From contig CM120640.1 in assembly GCA_051362555.1 (NCBI GenBank), positions 60,986,788 through 61,050,787 on the forward strand: a DNA stretch of 64,000 bases, written 5' to 3'. The notes beneath the pieces were generated by a model that searched no databases, was not told where the DNA came from, and saw only the letters and a list, made by a program, of their open reading frames with translations. Below, one piece after another: positions 10,698-23,252 of this stretch. A program made the position numbers and the translations under genes. This DNA is from Lingula anatina. Taxonomy: Eukaryota; Animalia; Brachiopoda. Within the stretch, counting starts at the first letter, position 1. Each line of letters starts with the position of its first letter.

Positions 10698-13600
10698 TCA
10701 AGGCAAGTCTCCTGTTGTAAGTCTTTTCGACCTGATAAATGCCACTCCATGAGTTCTCATGTGTTTTCTCATGGTGACTTCACATTCAAATGTCCTGTAA
10801 CAGACTGTGCATTCAAAGGAGTCTCCGGTTTGTTTGTAAGCCTCTTTCCCTGTAGGGGAGGTCTCTTCTTCCTGTTCTAACTCAATCTCACTTATCTTTT
10901 TCTCTGCCAGGTATTTGTCCACTGATCGAATCTTATGTACTATGAAGAGGTGTTTGCGCAAAGATGGCACTACAACAAAACACATCCCACATTCTGGACA
11001 CTGGATGGACTTGTCTGGTCTGTGTTCCTGAATGTGGGCCTTGAATGCCTCCTCACTGTCACTAGAAAAATCACATTTTGCACAAGTATAGGTAGTGTCC
11101 CCCTGTACTTTGAGACGTTTGATTGGCTGATCAACTTCCCTGTCTGCTTTCCTTTTAGAGGTTTCATCTGACATACATGCGCCGCCCTCATCAATACCAC
11201 TTTTCTCCAGTTCTCTACCAGAGTCAATATTGGGCAATTTGGAAAAGTCAACTTCATTTTTAGGAACCCTGTGCTTCTGAACCAAATGCTTCTCCAAGAA
11301 TGTTCGTTTTGCAAATGTGGTATGTACTCCCTTCTCCTGACAGAGCCAACAAGAAAATGTCTTCCTTTTGCCCTCATGGATAATTTGAATATGGCGCTTC
11401 AGACTATGATTGGATTTATAAGTAAGACTACAGAGTTGACAAGGGAACTGCTGAATCATGCTGTGGACCTGTTTCAGATGTTTGTAAAGTACCTCTTTCT
11501 GTTTGAATTTCTCATCACAGTAGCTGCACTCATGCCTCATAGAGTTCTTTTCATCTAGTTCTATTAAAATAGAGCCTGTGCAGCTTCTTTTGTGAGTCAC
11601 CAGTTCATCTCTACTTTTGTAAACCACATTATTACAACGTTGACACAAAAACTGGCCACGTTTTCTGTGGTTTTTAGCATGGGATCCAAAGTGTTTCTGT
11701 GACCTGATCCAAATGTTACAGACAAAACATCGTACTTTGGTAGGATCATCTCCCTCCTCCTCCTCTTCTGTCTTATGAACTGAGACAGGAGTTCTTATAG
11801 TGCTAGGGGTAGAAATGGGAGATTTCTTTATTGTAGATGTCTTTACATTGTGGTAGGTTTGCACATGCAATCTAAGATGCTTTGCATCTTTAAACAAATC
11901 ATGATAACAGAAAGCACATGTCAAGTCACTGTACTTGAACTGGTGTTGCTCTTTCATGTGAGCTGCAAGGGATGGTTTATCATCATAAATTTTATTACAT
12001 TTTGAGCACTTGAACTGGAACTGGACCCCTTGTTTAGAATCCTTCAAGTGCATAGTTAGATGGGCATTCAGTTGTTCTTGACCATGAAACACAGTGTCAC
12101 ATCTAGGGCACTTGTAGATCACTCTTGCAGTGACACTGTTGTCGTCAAGATGCGTACTTTGTTTGTGGCCATTGAAACTTGCCTCAGACTTGAATGCCAT
12201 AGGACAAGACTGGCACTTGTAGTAAGATTCACCATGAGTGAACATGATGTGTTGTCTTAGATATTGAATATCATCGTATGATGCAGGACAACTTGTGCAT
12301 GCATATTTTGTAATTCTTGAAAAATGTAGGCATTTCTCCTGAAGATGTTGGTTGAACAGTTCCCAATCACTCTTGAAGATAATTCCACACTCTGGGCAGG
12401 TGAAAGGTTTGTGGCGCGAATGAATCCTTCGATGGGCAACCAGACTACAGTTGGATGGAAGGCATTTTTGACACACCCAGCATTCATATCTTTGAGCACA
12501 CTGAATGGCACTGCTTCGAAAATGGTTTTTAAGAGCAATTTTTGATGAAACACGTATGTTACACTCTGAACATTTGATATTCACAGAACTTGGAGATTTA
12601 GGTGTCACTGTTGTGAATTTCTCAGTGTTCTTTGCCACTTTAATTGCAATTTCTGTGGGAGCATTTAATGTGTCTTTTTCAGAATTTTGCACAACTTCTT
12701 TTGCATTGCACTTCTGCTCAATGTTTTTCACAGTAATATTAAGAGTGCCATTGAGTTGAGGCATAAGTTCCTTTGGCAGAGGAGTCACTACAGCTTTGAA
12801 AGTTTTTACAACTACACCTTTCTCTGCATGTGAACGCACATGACCCAACAAAGCACACTTGTTGTAAAATATCAATGCCTTGTTACATGCATCACACAGA
12901 AATGATATTATCATACTTCTTCTCTGATTATGATAATCAAGACTTGATTCCAAGTTGAAAGCATCTCCACATTCTAAACACTTGTACCCCCCTGGTGGAA
13001 TATTCATTTTGAATTTTTCTGGTGGTGGCTGTGGAACATAGCATGGAATAGGATTTTTGGGCCCCAGGGGGTTTGTTGCAGTATCTACAGACACAGTTTT
13101 CACAATAGTTTGTGTGGTAGGTATGGAAATGGCAGAACTGATACCATTTGCCATAGTTTGTGCTGATTTTGAAACTGGAATTGCAATCACATCACCACTA
13201 GATGGCATTAACAGTGGTCCAAGAGGAGCTGTTTGTGCAACTGCTGGAGCAGGTGCCCTCTGTATCAACATCATAGCAGGTGCTGGGTTACTGAACTGTG
13301 ATGGTTGTGCTGACCTCATATGTTGGGTGTGATAATGTGAGTGGTTTGTAGTTACAGTGGTAGAAGTATTCACAGGCAGCTGTCTTGTCATCCTCAATAC
13401 TGATGGAACTACATTTGAGGATGGATTGAAATAAATAGGCTGAGCTCCACCATTTTGGCTTTGTTGTGGCTGATTAGTAGAAGTAAGCTGCCCTTGTGGA
13501 ATGAAACCAGTTTGTTTAACTACAACAGGCCTTGATGGGGAACGCATTCTGGGGTGCATGCCAGCACCCTGATGTCCAACTTTAGCTCTTCTTTTCCTCC

Positions 13601-15203
13601 AGCCAGCTGTTGTCTGGGGCCTTACTCCTGCTGTGTATTGGTTCTGGTTATTAGACTGTGTAACTTTTTTCTGGTGGGTCTTGCCCTGGGTAAGCCACTT
13701 TAACTCATTAAGTGTTCTATTTACATTTACATCATGAGAAGTCATTTCTTCTTTTCTTGTTGAGCTGACCTGTTCTTCTTTTCTTGTTGAGCTGACCTGC
13801 TGTTCACGTATGGGAGTATGTGGGGGTTGACTGGCAGCAGGGATAATATCAGTTGTTTCTGCTGTATTTTTTTCACAGGGCAATGTGCCTCTCTCTGATG
13901 TCACAGCACCAATACTTTTCACAGTGCTATTATAATCAACTACCTCTGTGACACGATGTACATTGTTACTTTTGCGACTACTTTTAGTGCTTGAGGAAAA
14001 GGCATTATTTCCTTGTGCATATGTAGGGTGGCTTGCATTAATATTAAAGCTGGCACGGATTTCATCACATGCTTTCTGACTTGGCATCTCTTCAACTTCC
14101 ATAGGTTCAGTCTTAACATGAGCGCCTGGAGAAGAAAGAGCACTGTGAGGCGAACTGACCATAATATTCTCACTGGGTGTAAATCTGTCAGACATCATAC
14201 TACTATTTGAGCTACCAGGTCTAGAATGAGTACTAGCAGCACTGCACAAACTGTCTTGTTTAGAACTTGCATAGCTGTTGCAGTTTTTATCCTCTTTTTC
14301 CTGTTTCACATTAGCATGATCTGTAGACTCAATGCTTGATGGTACTTCTCGATCTGGAGTAATCATGGTTCCAACTGAGACTCTATCTTTTATTAACTTT
14401 TCAAAGTTGTCTGTCTGAAAGATTGAGGCATCATTTGATAGATTTTCAACATTTTCAAGGTTGTCAGTATCACCAGACCTGGCTTGGCTTTTTTCAGAAA
14501 GGTTTCTGGCATAGCTTTCATACAGTAAATCTTCTTTTTGTTTGTTAATTAAATCAGTCTCAATTTTCTTTTGGGTCTCATTGACGACTTCTGTGTTTTG
14601 TGGGACTACAACAGGGCTAATTTTGTCACTGGAGTTGGGTTCATATGGTTGTCCTGCTGTATCTTCTTTCATTTTCCTTTTGGGTGAGTCATCTATTTTT
14701 TCTGAAAATTATAAATCGGGTACTTTCATTTGAAGGATTTTATCATTTTTAAGATCTAAGCTGAGAAAGATAAGTAGTTTTGTATGATATTTTAATATAA
14801 AAATATTTTGGGAAATAATCATTGGTAGAGGAAACTTTTGAAACAGCATATAATATTATGAAAATTCTGCACACATCTATGTCTATAAAATATAAAAATA
14901 TATTTCAATTCTGAATGTTAAGCTTTAACTATAATCAAGTATAAACATTTCATATTAGGCCAAATCACTAATATATGTATAAAAGAGACTTATTCTATAC
15001 CAAATGGTATACAACTTTTGATAAAAGAATTAAAATTTTTTTTTAACTCCCTTCTCCTCAGAACAGAGGGGAAGTTTTAATTCAGGTGGCCTACCAATAG
15101 TATTCTTTGTGTCTGTGATTCCATTAGGTGTTCCACCAAGGTCCTGAATATCAAAGGCAGCAAGAAGGTCATTAAAGTCTGGAGGCTTTTCTGATGTGGC
15201 CAT
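10698..15203 (-). CDS. ZNF532/ZNF592/ZNF687-family multi-C2H2 zinc-finger protein, ~1370 aa, 2 coding exons
   Basis: Exon 15203-15095 encodes MATSEKPPDFNDLLAAFDIQD (family hallmark PDFDDLLAAFDIPD) and joins in phase 1 to a 4004-bp exon 14701-10698. It carries YKCLECGDAF, IFYNKCALLGHVRSH, many C2H2 fingers and C-terminal HMRTHGVAFIRS. Confidence 0.9.
13746..13799 (-). repeat. Perfect in-frame 27-bp duplication (QVSSTRKEE x2) inside the zinc-finger CDS
   Basis: TTCTTCTTTTCTTGTTGAGCTGACCTG occurs twice in tandem. Confidence 0.9.
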
Positions 15204-16858
15204 TCTATCTGGTAAGAATAGAAACAAAATATAGAATACGCGAAAAAATTTTTTTTAATTTATGAAAGAGCACTTTAGCTGAAATACCTGATAACACACA
15301 CACAGAGGGCACCACATTAAATTATTTTCCCATCAAACTGGACTCGATTTGTGAAATATTCATAAAACTTTGAACCTTACCAAAAATAATCAACCAGATT
15401 GTATTTAAGGACTAGTCAGTATTCCACCTGCCTTGCCTTATCCATTTTCACACAAGACACTGCTTATACAAGACACTTCATACACACAATATTATGTACT
15501 GCAACATACCTGACAGATAAGTCACTTAACACAAAGTCAGAATACCATGTATTCAAAATACTACATAACTGCACATCTTACTATGGAACAATACTCTTGA
15601 TAGTACTGTAAACATTGTAACTTAAGAAGTAATAAAGCCCTTTTGTTAAAAGCAAATTATCATTTTCCGAAGACTGACCCACAATGTAACTGGCCAAAAT
15701 TAACCAAACCCAGTAGTATTTACATCTCAACTTATTGCATATATTAGTACCTTCATCTCAGTTGGCTATATACAGAGTACATATAAAACAAAATGCTTAT
15801 ACATGAACATAGACATAAACCAATGGCCCAGCTGACCTGGTATTTGCCTTGTGTGTATGCACTTAGTCTGTGTTTGTAAGCCTTACCCATTTTATCAGAA
15901 TAGTCTCTGTACACTGTGCCTTCAATTTCAGTTAATATGTATCCATATACATGTATTATGTGATACCCATGTGTTTTGCTATTGTTCAAGCCCTAGACAC
16001 AGATGCAACCCTTCCAGACACTAATTAAATGCTATTTGCATGACCTTTAATCAGTCATGTTACAAGTTGGGAGAATTTGCATCCAGATCAAACAAGATAA
16101 CATTGCACTATGCTTGAAAGCAAAAATCTAAGCAATCAAAATATTACAAGAGTATGACATTCTGTAGATTTTTGTGAATGCAGAAAGTCTAACCTGAATT
16201 CATAGTATATACATAATAATACAGATATCTTAACCAAGATAGCAAAGCCACATTGAAAGGACTACATGTAGTATGCCGACTAGTAAATTAATATATTAAG
16301 TTAAATGAATATACATAGGTACCTTTTACTTCTGTCCATTTCTCTTTTATACACAAGCAGTATCTTCAGTAGCTTGGAAAATTAATTTCTTCAGAAACTG
16401 AAAAACATATACATATGGTAAATAACATAACATGATACCGGTATTTATCTTTCATTGTAATTATTGTCTCCTCAGATTAATTATGAATCTGGTTATAAAT
16501 ATGTTTAAAGTCTTCATAACACATGTTAAATATGTACAGGAGGGAAGAAACTTGGAAGAAATTTCAAATTCAAAACAGTTATTCCACTTCCACCTTACAG
16601 CATACAAAAACTGTAAACAAATTAACTACTTAAAGATTCAAACAGACACAGACCATATACAATGTAAAAAATGTTTTCAACATTCATATGGTGAATGAAA
16701 ACTGCAAATACTTTACAGTATCATTAGCCCCATGTGATGATGTGCTGCTCTTGCTACTAACTGAGAGCAGAATTTAAAAAAATTGCTTCACTGTACTACT
16801 GCAATAATGCAAACACCTTCAAATATATGGAATAACTTAGTCTTGAATGATGTTAAGT

Positions 16859-16937
16859 ATATGCAATCTGATATTTTACTTTTTTACAGTATACAATCTG
16901 TTATTTTACTTTTTTACAGTATACAATCTGTTATTTT
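16859..16937. repeat. 30-bp tandem repeat, ~2.6 copies
   Basis: Unit ATACAATCTGTTATTTTACTTTTTTACAGT. Confidence 0.85.
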
Positions 16938-18331
16938 CCTTGTTTATGTACAATATACACAAATTCTACAATTAACTGCTGACTAAATGCATATATATAT
17001 ATGAGGTAACTTCAACAGGCAAAAATTGACAAAACTCCATCACCTTCAAGAAAATCTTGAAAATTGTAAATCATGTAGAGTGGCACATTATGTCAAGAAA
17101 TAAGAAAAATACAATTTTTGAATGAATGGAAAACATGTAAAATTGGCACTGGGCATGAAAAGTATCAGTAATTATTAGCCCCCTACAATTAAAACAGCTC
17201 AAGGACCCCTTATGTCATTTATATACTGAGTACATACAAGCATTCATCCATTCATGAAAAACAAATGTTTCTGTAAAATAATTAAATAAACAATCAAATA
17301 AAGAAACTGAGTGAATTACTGGAACAGCACTTCATGGGACATAGATTCCAAACAATACCAAAAACTATGCAAAGAGTTTATAATGTTACTGATAACCAAT
17401 AGGACCACAATATCAAGCTTCCTCTGTCCTTGAAAATCAAAATATCTAGATCTGCCCCTTGCAAACTTAACACACAGATAAGAAATCTATCCCCTATATC
17501 GCCAGGTTTACGAATTCATACACTAAATTTTGCATACATATGATTCTAATCTGCTTTTCCTTGTTGACAAGAGGTATCTACTAGAACAATAGCTACCACC
17601 AAGGTTCATCTCGGAGCAAAGCTGTGCTTCTCAATCATACTTTATAAATGGACTCATATTACTTCCTTTGGTGAAGCCTTCTGTCAAAGCCAAGTAGGAA
17701 GTAGGTGGTGGTGGGGGGGGGGAGGGGGGGGGAGGGGGGGGGGAGGGATGTGGGAGCTCCCCAATGATTGGAATCACTAACTGAGAGCATCTGCTGGATT
17801 GAGGTAACCCACTGTTAGAACTCTGGTCAAGGACGTGTGATCTAAAACTTGACTTAGGTCCTCTGATTGCTTTCCCTAACAGTATATTTTGGCAAAACAA
17901 CTTGTCCAAGACTGATTTTAACTTTTCATCTACTAGTACATTTACCTCTTCCAATTGATTTTTCATATATTTTGACAGCTGAATAACTCATAAGAAACAG
18001 ATAATATATGTATAGTAATCAATATTCTCTCTTCCTTTTCCAAACACCTTGAAACCTCTAAAGATAGATACTGACCAAGTTGATCAGGAAATAAGGTATT
18101 TTTAAACCATGGTTTGAAAGAATGAATTAGTTAGATGAAACTTTCATCAGATAGTGACATGAAGGTATCATGCACGTGATCATAATTTATCTTTTTCATG
18201 GAGTACTTCTTCCACTCTGCCTTCATACAACAGTTCACTGTTTGTATATTTGTTACTGCTAACTGAAGGTTTCAAACAAACAAAAAACTTGTATAAAAAA
18301 TGAATCTAAACATATGTCCACACATCATTCC

Positions 18332-18503
18332 AAGCCTTTAGCCAGGGGGGTTCAAACAAACTCCCTTTTTTCTATAAAGGTCCATTTTGGGTAAAATTTT
18401 GAGCTACTGTAAGTACTCAATGGGAGTTCCATGGTAAAAGTCTACTTTTTCAGAAAAAGAACCCCCCCCCCTTATCCCCCTTGAAAATGCTGGCCATGGA
18501 CCT
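18332..18503. mobile_element. Decayed MITE, possibly hAT-like
   Basis: Left end CAAGCCTTTAGCCAGGGGGGTTC and right end GAACCCCCCCC...CTGGCCATGGACCT are imperfect inverted repeats. They resemble the CAGGCCCGTAGCCAG...CTGGCTACGGGCCTG elements I recall from marine invertebrate genomes. Confidence 0.6.
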
Positions 18504-20515
18504 ATTATTATTATCTACTGAGACTAAATTGTTGGGAAAAAAAATTTATAATTTCAAGAAAACCCCTCTTATTTCAGTAATTGAGACCTTTTATACTAAA
18601 TAATCTAATTGTTAAAAATATTGGGCCATTTAACATGAAATATTTGGGTCATCCGACTCATCCGAGTCATAAAAGAATGAGAACATGTGGTCTTTCAAAA
18701 TAGGACAACTAAGCGAAATTTCTGAGATATGACTGATCATTGATAATGAAATCATTCAAAGTTTATAGTAACGACTCAATTAATATAATCAACTGGATCA
18801 CATGGAATATTGATAAAAATATAGAGAGTCAATTCAGTGCATTAAGTATTCACAAAGAAATACATACATTTTATACATGTAAATAAAATTACGCATAAAT
18901 TCCATTCTTCACATGATGAAGCATTCATACATGGAGGGGGGGGAGACAAACTATACAGTAAAACTATATAAATGTGGATGAATATATTTGAGTAATAACT
19001 TGGTTCACTGCATACATGAAGACATTCTGATAATTAAGCATTGCATGTACCAACCAGACCATTTAAAGTAAAATGAATGATATTCTGCTGTTGTATTTCA
19101 ATATTCTGGCATAGTCCTTATCTAGGTCTGTGTTGTACTACTGACCTTGTTTCTATTCACCTAGCTAGTTAAGAATATCCAGGCAGACTGAGCCCTAAGT
19201 GCATGTCTACTACCACCTTCTGTACAGTTGGGAGAATATGATCTTGATCATAAACAAGATCCCCACACAGCTGATGTTGCATGCTGGGATTGCACCTTTC
19301 AAACAAGATGTTCTCTTCATATGCCTCATTTACCCTTTATTATTATTATCTCATGTACTATATTTTGGCAGAACTAAGAAAATTTTGTGTTTTCAACAAG
19401 TCCTCACCTTTACTTGTTATGTCTGAAGGTAGGAGTAAATTCTTCTAGGTTGGGTGTCTAGGATCTGGTAGTCAGCAGTGACACTGCATGAAGAAAAAAT
19501 ATATCATATTCACAAAGCAGCCTAATATTTGATTATGTTTAAATATGCCCTATGAGACTCTGTCATTAAACCCATTATTTTAACCAATAAGAATAATAGT
19601 CAGTTCATTTATTCAATATTACATTAAATAGAGTGGTACTTTCAATTATAAGCACTTTGGAAAACCTCAAGTGCATCAGGGTAAGGCTGCATGTGAGGAA
19701 ATGAAAATACAAGTATCTCAATAAACAAGTGTATTTTTCAGCAGCATACAGTAATGCACAACAACAATAGGTTACCTTGGGTAAAATGTTTGACAAAAAA
19801 AAATAACTATTAAATTGATCATATAAAACAGTTAAGAAAATGGAAGCTATAGACTGGCACAGTAGTATGTCAAGACTATAATGTATCTGCAGAAAGTTAA
19901 CTAAGAGTTTATCAAAATGTTATGCTTGACATGCATAAATGAACAGATCAAATGTACCTCTAGTTCCTAGAATAAGTTAGGTGGCAGAACAACATGGCTG
20001 CATGTGTCTTCCACTCTGGGGCTGGCCTTGGTGTTTGTGCAGCACATGGCAGGTCATGTGACTAACTGAACAATGCAAACAGACCTCCAATCAGCTGCAG
20101 CATATATATTACAGAAGCAAATGTACATGACTAATGTTTGTGATAGAAAATATTTAACACAATTTTTACTATATGAAGGAAGTTTTTTGTCAGTTTTGTG
20201 CTGATTGTTGTAGAAATATCATTTACAACAAGTGTATAGTAATGACTTAAAAATTAATGTACCAGTAAGGGACATGTATTTGAGTAGAATATGTGGTCAA
20301 CTGTGGTTGAATTTTAAATAGAACAACTCCACAAGTTCAAATGAGAGAATTAACCAACACTTTAAACAATCATGCAAAACCTTTATAGAAATGTTAACAC
20401 GCACAAACATTTATGTTCTTTATTACTACATATATGTATCACATCAACAAAAAGGATTGAAACACGAGAGAGGGTATTTTTTTAACCATGCATCCAGTAA
20501 TTGGTTTTTAGCAAC

Positions 20516-20516
<1 letters not shown>

Positions 20517-20569
<53 letters not shown>

Positions 20570-20718
20570 TTTATCACTTCACAGCTCTACATATGCACCT
20601 TTGAGCTGTAATCTCAGGCTAGATAAATAAAAGAGTGGGTTAGTGTGACATTCAGCTTCATACGTACCCAGTACTGGGGTATGTGAATGTGGACTATACA
20701 TATAAACTTTCAAATATG

Positions 20719-20783
<65 letters not shown>
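20517..20783. repeat. Two (TA)n microsatellites (20517-20565 and ~20730-20783, the second preceded by (CA)n)
   Basis: Directly visible. Confidence 0.95.
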
Positions 20784-20786
<3 letters not shown>

Positions 20787-21642
20787 ATTGACAAATGATT
20801 TCCTGGCAAGAGACAGATGCACATGTAAGTTGTAATGCATTTACTTTAAACAATAAATAAATAAATTAAATTATAAGGAAAATCTCAGATACTGGGAGTA
20901 TGAAAGTGAATCTTTTGTAAATATCTTGAAAATTATATAAAAGGGCAAAAGGTATGCAGCTCATATACGGTTGAGAAAGGAGATAAATACACAGAATGCT
21001 GTACAACACTCAAATACCCGGATAAATCAGGAAGAGTCTCATCTCTAAAATCTGCAATAATATTCTGTAAAACTCCAGTGGAGTCTTGAGGTGATGTGTG
21101 GAAAAGGGAGATACCGGTATATGACAGGTTCTAAGACATCATATATGTTTGGTGTTTATGAGGAATAAGGAATGCCAGTATTTAACTGTCAGTGCTGGAT
21201 GTGAGACTCTCCATTAAAATGCAGGAATGTCCTGCATAATCAGGGGCACTTGGAAATTATGAAATATGCATGGTGCATTGGTCATATATCACCCTGGGTT
21301 TCAGCCCTCAGCACTACTCAGTACTTGTCTGCCATAATAGCTCAATTTGTATCTGGTGATTGACATTGATTAACAAGAATGAAAGCAGCAAATTGTTCAG
21401 CAAAGTTTTATTGCAAATGTAATCAGTTGATAAATAAATGAACCTAGAAATAACCATTATGGAGAAGTAAAAAAAGGAGGGGTATGTTGCATATAAAAAT
21501 GATTATAATGTTTTGCTCAGCAAATACAGTGCATGTACTAGTGGTAGCACATATGGTCATGTGCATGCATGCAAATCATTGGTTTCATACTGAAAAAAAA
21601 ATGCCATCAATATTATAGATATATATATCATAATATATTTCG

Positions 21643-21850
21643 CAAATTTGTGGACTGAATTTTATAAATTATAATTTTGGTTTCCCTTTTAAAATTAATT
21701 TCAAACAAAGTTTTATATTTATATTTGGAACCATAATATACCAATTTGTGGACTGAACTTAATCAATTATCATTTTGGTGTCCCTTAGGTTTTTTAACTC
21801 AACTTCAAACGAAGATTCATATTTTATTAAATTATTGGGCCCATCATATC
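21643..21850. repeat. Diverged ~100-bp tandem duplication
   Basis: AATTTGTGGACTGAA...ATTTTGGT.TCCCTT...TTCAAAC.AAG...CCAT.ATAT occurs starting at about 21645 and 21743. Confidence 0.75.
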
Positions 21851-22469
21851 ATATATATACTAGTATATACAGTGTATATGTACATGACATGTATGACTTA
21901 TGTATTATGGGTCCAAAATGCATCTAAGATGTACCGGTACATTGTACCATCGTAATACATTCTTGCAAGCACTTACAGAGTTTGCCTGTACTTTTATTCT
22001 AATTAATTTTGGCAAGACAAATAGTAAAAATGAATATAAAATATATTATTCTCTCTCTGTCCCACCAAGGAATTTGTTAGACTTTCAAACATTTAATTCC
22101 TTACCATAACTTAATCGTATGAAACAGCTGGAATTTTGATTTGTTCACTGACTCAGAATATACAGGGTAGCATTATAGTGACTTAATGAAAGAATTTAAC
22201 ACCAACTCAGTAACTCAATCAAATTTTACCAAGTTATTGTCTAAAAAATTTTAGACGAGTACCATGTACAAGTGGCAACATATAAAGTGTACGTGGTTAA
22301 CAAATTCTTCTTTCCTCTGCGTTTAGTTGTCTTGAAATATACAGGTCATTGTCCATACAAAAGTAATTTGACAATTGAGTTAAAATGTAATCAACTTACT
22401 ATACATATTGACTTGCAATAACATCAATAAACCAGATCTATACATTCAAGCTAGCTGATGATGCTGTTA

Positions 22470-22666
22470 GGTGGCGCTGAAGCATATGTATATGCGTCAC
22501 GTGACGATGCTGTATCCACAATGGCTGCGCCCTTTAAAAAGTCGCGGGTGAATGATTCTAAATGCATTTCAGCGCTTTAACCCGAAACGAGTAGTGAGCC
22601 AGGTAGTTGTACACGTAGCACAGAGACAAACCGTGTAGAAGAAAAACGTAGCCGAAAAGAACAGCC
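22470..22666. promoter_or_regulatory. Probable bidirectional promoter, zinc-finger gene (-) / JmjC-1 (+)
   Basis: CpG island containing the palindrome CGTCACGTGACG (E-box/CLEAR-type) at ~22495-22506 and a YY1-like CAATGGCTGC. A minus-strand donor (GTAAGT) at ~22399 suggests the first non-coding exon of the zinc-finger gene. Confidence 0.6.
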
Positions 22667-23210
22667 ATGCTGCGAATTTCGACATCGTATTTCTGTTTTT
22701 TTGTGGTACTTGGCTTTTTGACTATCAACATTGCATCTGAGATTCCAGGGCATTTGCAGTATTTAGGTTCCCATCGTCCAGCAGAAGGCACAATTGAACA
22801 CACGGACACATGGCCTGACCCAGAAACGTTTTACAACAACTACATCAAACCTGGAAAACCATTGTTGTTTAAGGGGAAGGCCAAAGAAATACCAGCGTTT
22901 AACTTGTGGACCGATGAATATCTTAGGTTGGTTGACTGTTGTCGTTGGCTGTACAGTTCGGTAGGGTCGCTTTGTGTTTTGAAGTTCCATATGGTCTTTT
23001 TAGGTTCACTGGTCTTTATTCTTTATCAAACGTCGACACATATTTTCCTGATCTTTTTGAAAGCTCGAAGGTTGACACACAGTCACACCTTCAACATATT
23101 TATTACTAAAATTATATTATTACTGAAAATAAAGAGAGGCGATAAATGTCTGGAGATTCTTACATGCCATTTTAATTTTTTAAAAATATTGAAAAGCCAT
23201 TTTGCACACT

Positions 23211-23252
<42 letters not shown>

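Noticed and set aside
10935-14733. Numerous short ORFs overlapping the zinc-finger exon on both strands
   Set aside because: Shadow ORFs of a long coding exon with no recognisable domains.
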